A stretch of 64,000 nt of DNA from Octopus sinensis (taxonomy: Eukaryota): contig NC_043006.1 in assembly GCF_006345805.1 (NCBI RefSeq), forward strand, positions 70,556,001-70,620,000. The letters run 5' to 3'. Shown here in pieces: positions 61,946 to 64,000 of this stretch. How positions within the stretch are numbered: the stretch's first letter is position 1; each line of letters begins with the position of its first letter. Both the position numbers and the translations under genes were made by a program. A model generated the notes under the pieces. It saw only the letters and a program-made list of their open reading frames with translations, did no database searches and was not told where the DNA came from.

Positions 61946-63229
61946 TACCGTTTATGTGTCGTATTAGCTGTGCTGAATATCATAAGTTAAGCATGGGTTG
62001 CATTACACGTAGCAAAAGCTGATCTACGATCCGAGGGCATTTTAACTGAAATTATATTATCAAACCAATGTAGGAGCTCGTCTACTAGAATTAACAGCGA
62101 CATCCCTATTAAATTACATCGTACACTATTGAGAAAAAAAAAAAAGCAGAGCAAATTGGAATATGTAGCATCTGGTATTAAACAGGATAGCTAATTACAG
62201 CTTAAATATCTTTTAATCATAGTCCGCTCGAGTCGGGCCGATTTGTGGGGTGGGGTTGTGGGTGCTGAGCAATAACAGCATCCAACAAATAGCTTTAAGA
62301 AAAAAAACGAAGTCAAATGGTTTGACTAGAGTTATCTCCCTTAGACTACAGAATTCTCTCCCTTACTGCATATTGTGTATGTGTAGTTGTTTTCACTTTG
62401 TGTGCGCTCTTGCTCTGCTTCTTCCATTCTTTCACTTACTCCATTGTTTCCATTTTACTTTCGCATTATATATTAATAAATAAACGTTTTGGAAGAAATT
62501 AAAGTTACAGGCAAGACTAACCTTCATCATGTGACATGGTCCATTGTTGTTCGAGTAAAACTCATTCTTGATGCGTTTTACTCATTTCTCATTAAAACTC
62601 ATTCCCCTCAAGCGTAAGAGATCCCCAGCTACCTCAGACAACATAATTTTAAAATGATCGGGTGTAAGTGATGTGAAATTTGGCTGCTACTTCTAGCAGT
62701 TCAAGTGCAAATCACTCTGCTTAAATTATTTTTACACAAAGCATGTCATTCTCTAAATCGTCATAGCTCTCTCGTTAACATGTAGATAGGTCTAGGTGGA
62801 ATGACAACGTGTGGTACAGAAACCTAATTTTCTCTAATATATACGCGCACACTTATAGAAGATATGTACACGAGCACGTGTGTATGTGTTTGATTTCAAA
62901 GAAGTGGGAAATAGCACTATACATGGCTACCTACGGCTATAAATTGAAATCTTTATATAAAGTGTTGAAAAAAGTGAAATGTGCATGTTCTGTAGATCTT
63001 TTTCTTTACTCTTTGAGGAAAATTCCAAACTTTTAAATCTGGCTCAACTTTAGAAGGGATTGTCTCCTGTATGATAGTTGACCACCAAGGGTACAACACA
63101 CACACACACACACATGGTAGTGTGACATTCTAGATACCTTGCACTCCCTCTACTGCCCATTCTCTCGCTTTATATCTATAGTTAACTCCAGGACAATTTT
63201 CATACTTAATGGACATCTATGAGGAAAAG

Positions 63230-64000
63230 TGTCACACCACCAGTAAATACGAGCATCACTCAATTAGAGCCTTCATGCTCACTCCAAATGCTGGTCTTCA
63301 CCATTACCAAGAATCTCACCTGGCGAAAGCACATCCACTGCATTGCTAAGATCACATCTCTTGGGTTACAAGACATTTCAATTCCTAACAGCTCCTGACA
63401 CTCTACAGGGCTGAAAGGTTGAAGTGAGGCACACAATAGAATACTTATTTCTTTATTGCCCACAAGGGGCTAAACATAGAGGGGACAAACAAGTACAGAC
63501 AAAGGTATTAAGTCGATAACATCGACCTCAGTGCGTTACTGGTAGTTAATTTATTGACCCTAAAAAGATGAAAGGCAAAGTCGACCTTGGTGGAATTTGA
63601 ACTCAGAACATAGCAGCAGATGAAATACCACTAAGCATTTCACCCAGCATGCTAACGTTTCTGCCAGCTTGCTGCCTTCAATAGAATACTGACACCCTGG
63701 ATTACACACTAGAGAAGGCCCACTTGATTGATTGGCATTCATCATTAATGAATACAGTCCAGCCTCTGTTCCTTAGAGTTGGCTAATCTCGTACATCCAC
63801 CACTCCAACTCTCGTCCCATTCATCTTTCCACATCTCAGCACCCTTGGTGTGTCCAACCTTCCTTTCCCTGCACTAACCACTTTGCCAAAGCTGTCTTCC
63901 CCCAGAGCATTATCCTTCTGGAATCTTCTCCCTGCAGTATTTCCTGCAAGAGTTGAGCTGTTGTTTTCATGAAAGCTGACACTGCTTGTTTAGCAATGAC
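63230..64000 (+). mobile_element. Decayed CR1/L2/Jockey-group LINE RT C-terminal remnant, interrupted by SINE B (63446-63678, minus)
   Basis: NLTWRKHIHCIAK, QLLTLYRA, VRHTIEY and WNLLPAVFP-like peptides; SINE TSD CAATAGAATACT at 63434-63445 and 63679-63690. Confidence 0.6.

Noticed and set aside
62650-62700. ATG...GT|GTAAGT as an alternative first exon
   Set aside because: The donor adjoins a small dispersed repeat (TTTGGCTGCTA.TTCTAGCAG, also near 37915, 38105, 42340), and its phase does not match the 54775 donor.
1-64000. Autonomous PLE, Fanzor/TnpB, viral or prokaryotic defence genes
   Set aside because: No ORF of adequate length or with the relevant motifs; the longest ORFs are broken Tc1/mariner transposases or repeat translations.

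Overview
AT-rich, microsatellite-saturated eukaryotic DNA. The SINE families and repeat landscape look like an octopus genome (inference from remembered repeat families, not a database hit). The window is almost entirely intronic or intergenic. The only convincing host coding sequence is a 118-nt + strand exon (54658-54775) with good splice sites. Its peptide resembles the N-terminus of MRL-family adaptors (lamellipodin/RAPH1, RIAM/APBB1IP). The rest is dozens of tRNA-derived SINEs, 3' ends of RTE and CR1/Jockey-type LINEs, and decayed Tc1/mariner elements (DD34D, DD36E, DD37D; two as near-identical tandem dimers). There are also hAT, pogo and piggyBac MITEs and a Helentron-type element. The most interesting unannotated structure is a set of unrelated short non-coding elements that end at (TA)n tracts, are often folded back into inverted repeats, and carry type I hammerhead ribozyme motifs. 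These include two complete hammerheads (11868-11938 minus, 12235-12305 plus), a family with the U3-A8 core variant at its fold-back point, two decayed minimal hammerheads with covarying stem I, and a near-perfect 584-bp palindrome. This matches the pseudo-LTR architecture of Penelope-like retroelements. A strong candidate recursive splice site (polypyrimidine-CAG|GTAAGT) lies at 25473/25474. All alignments and counts were done by eye; SINE and LINE boundaries are approximate (about +/-15 nt).
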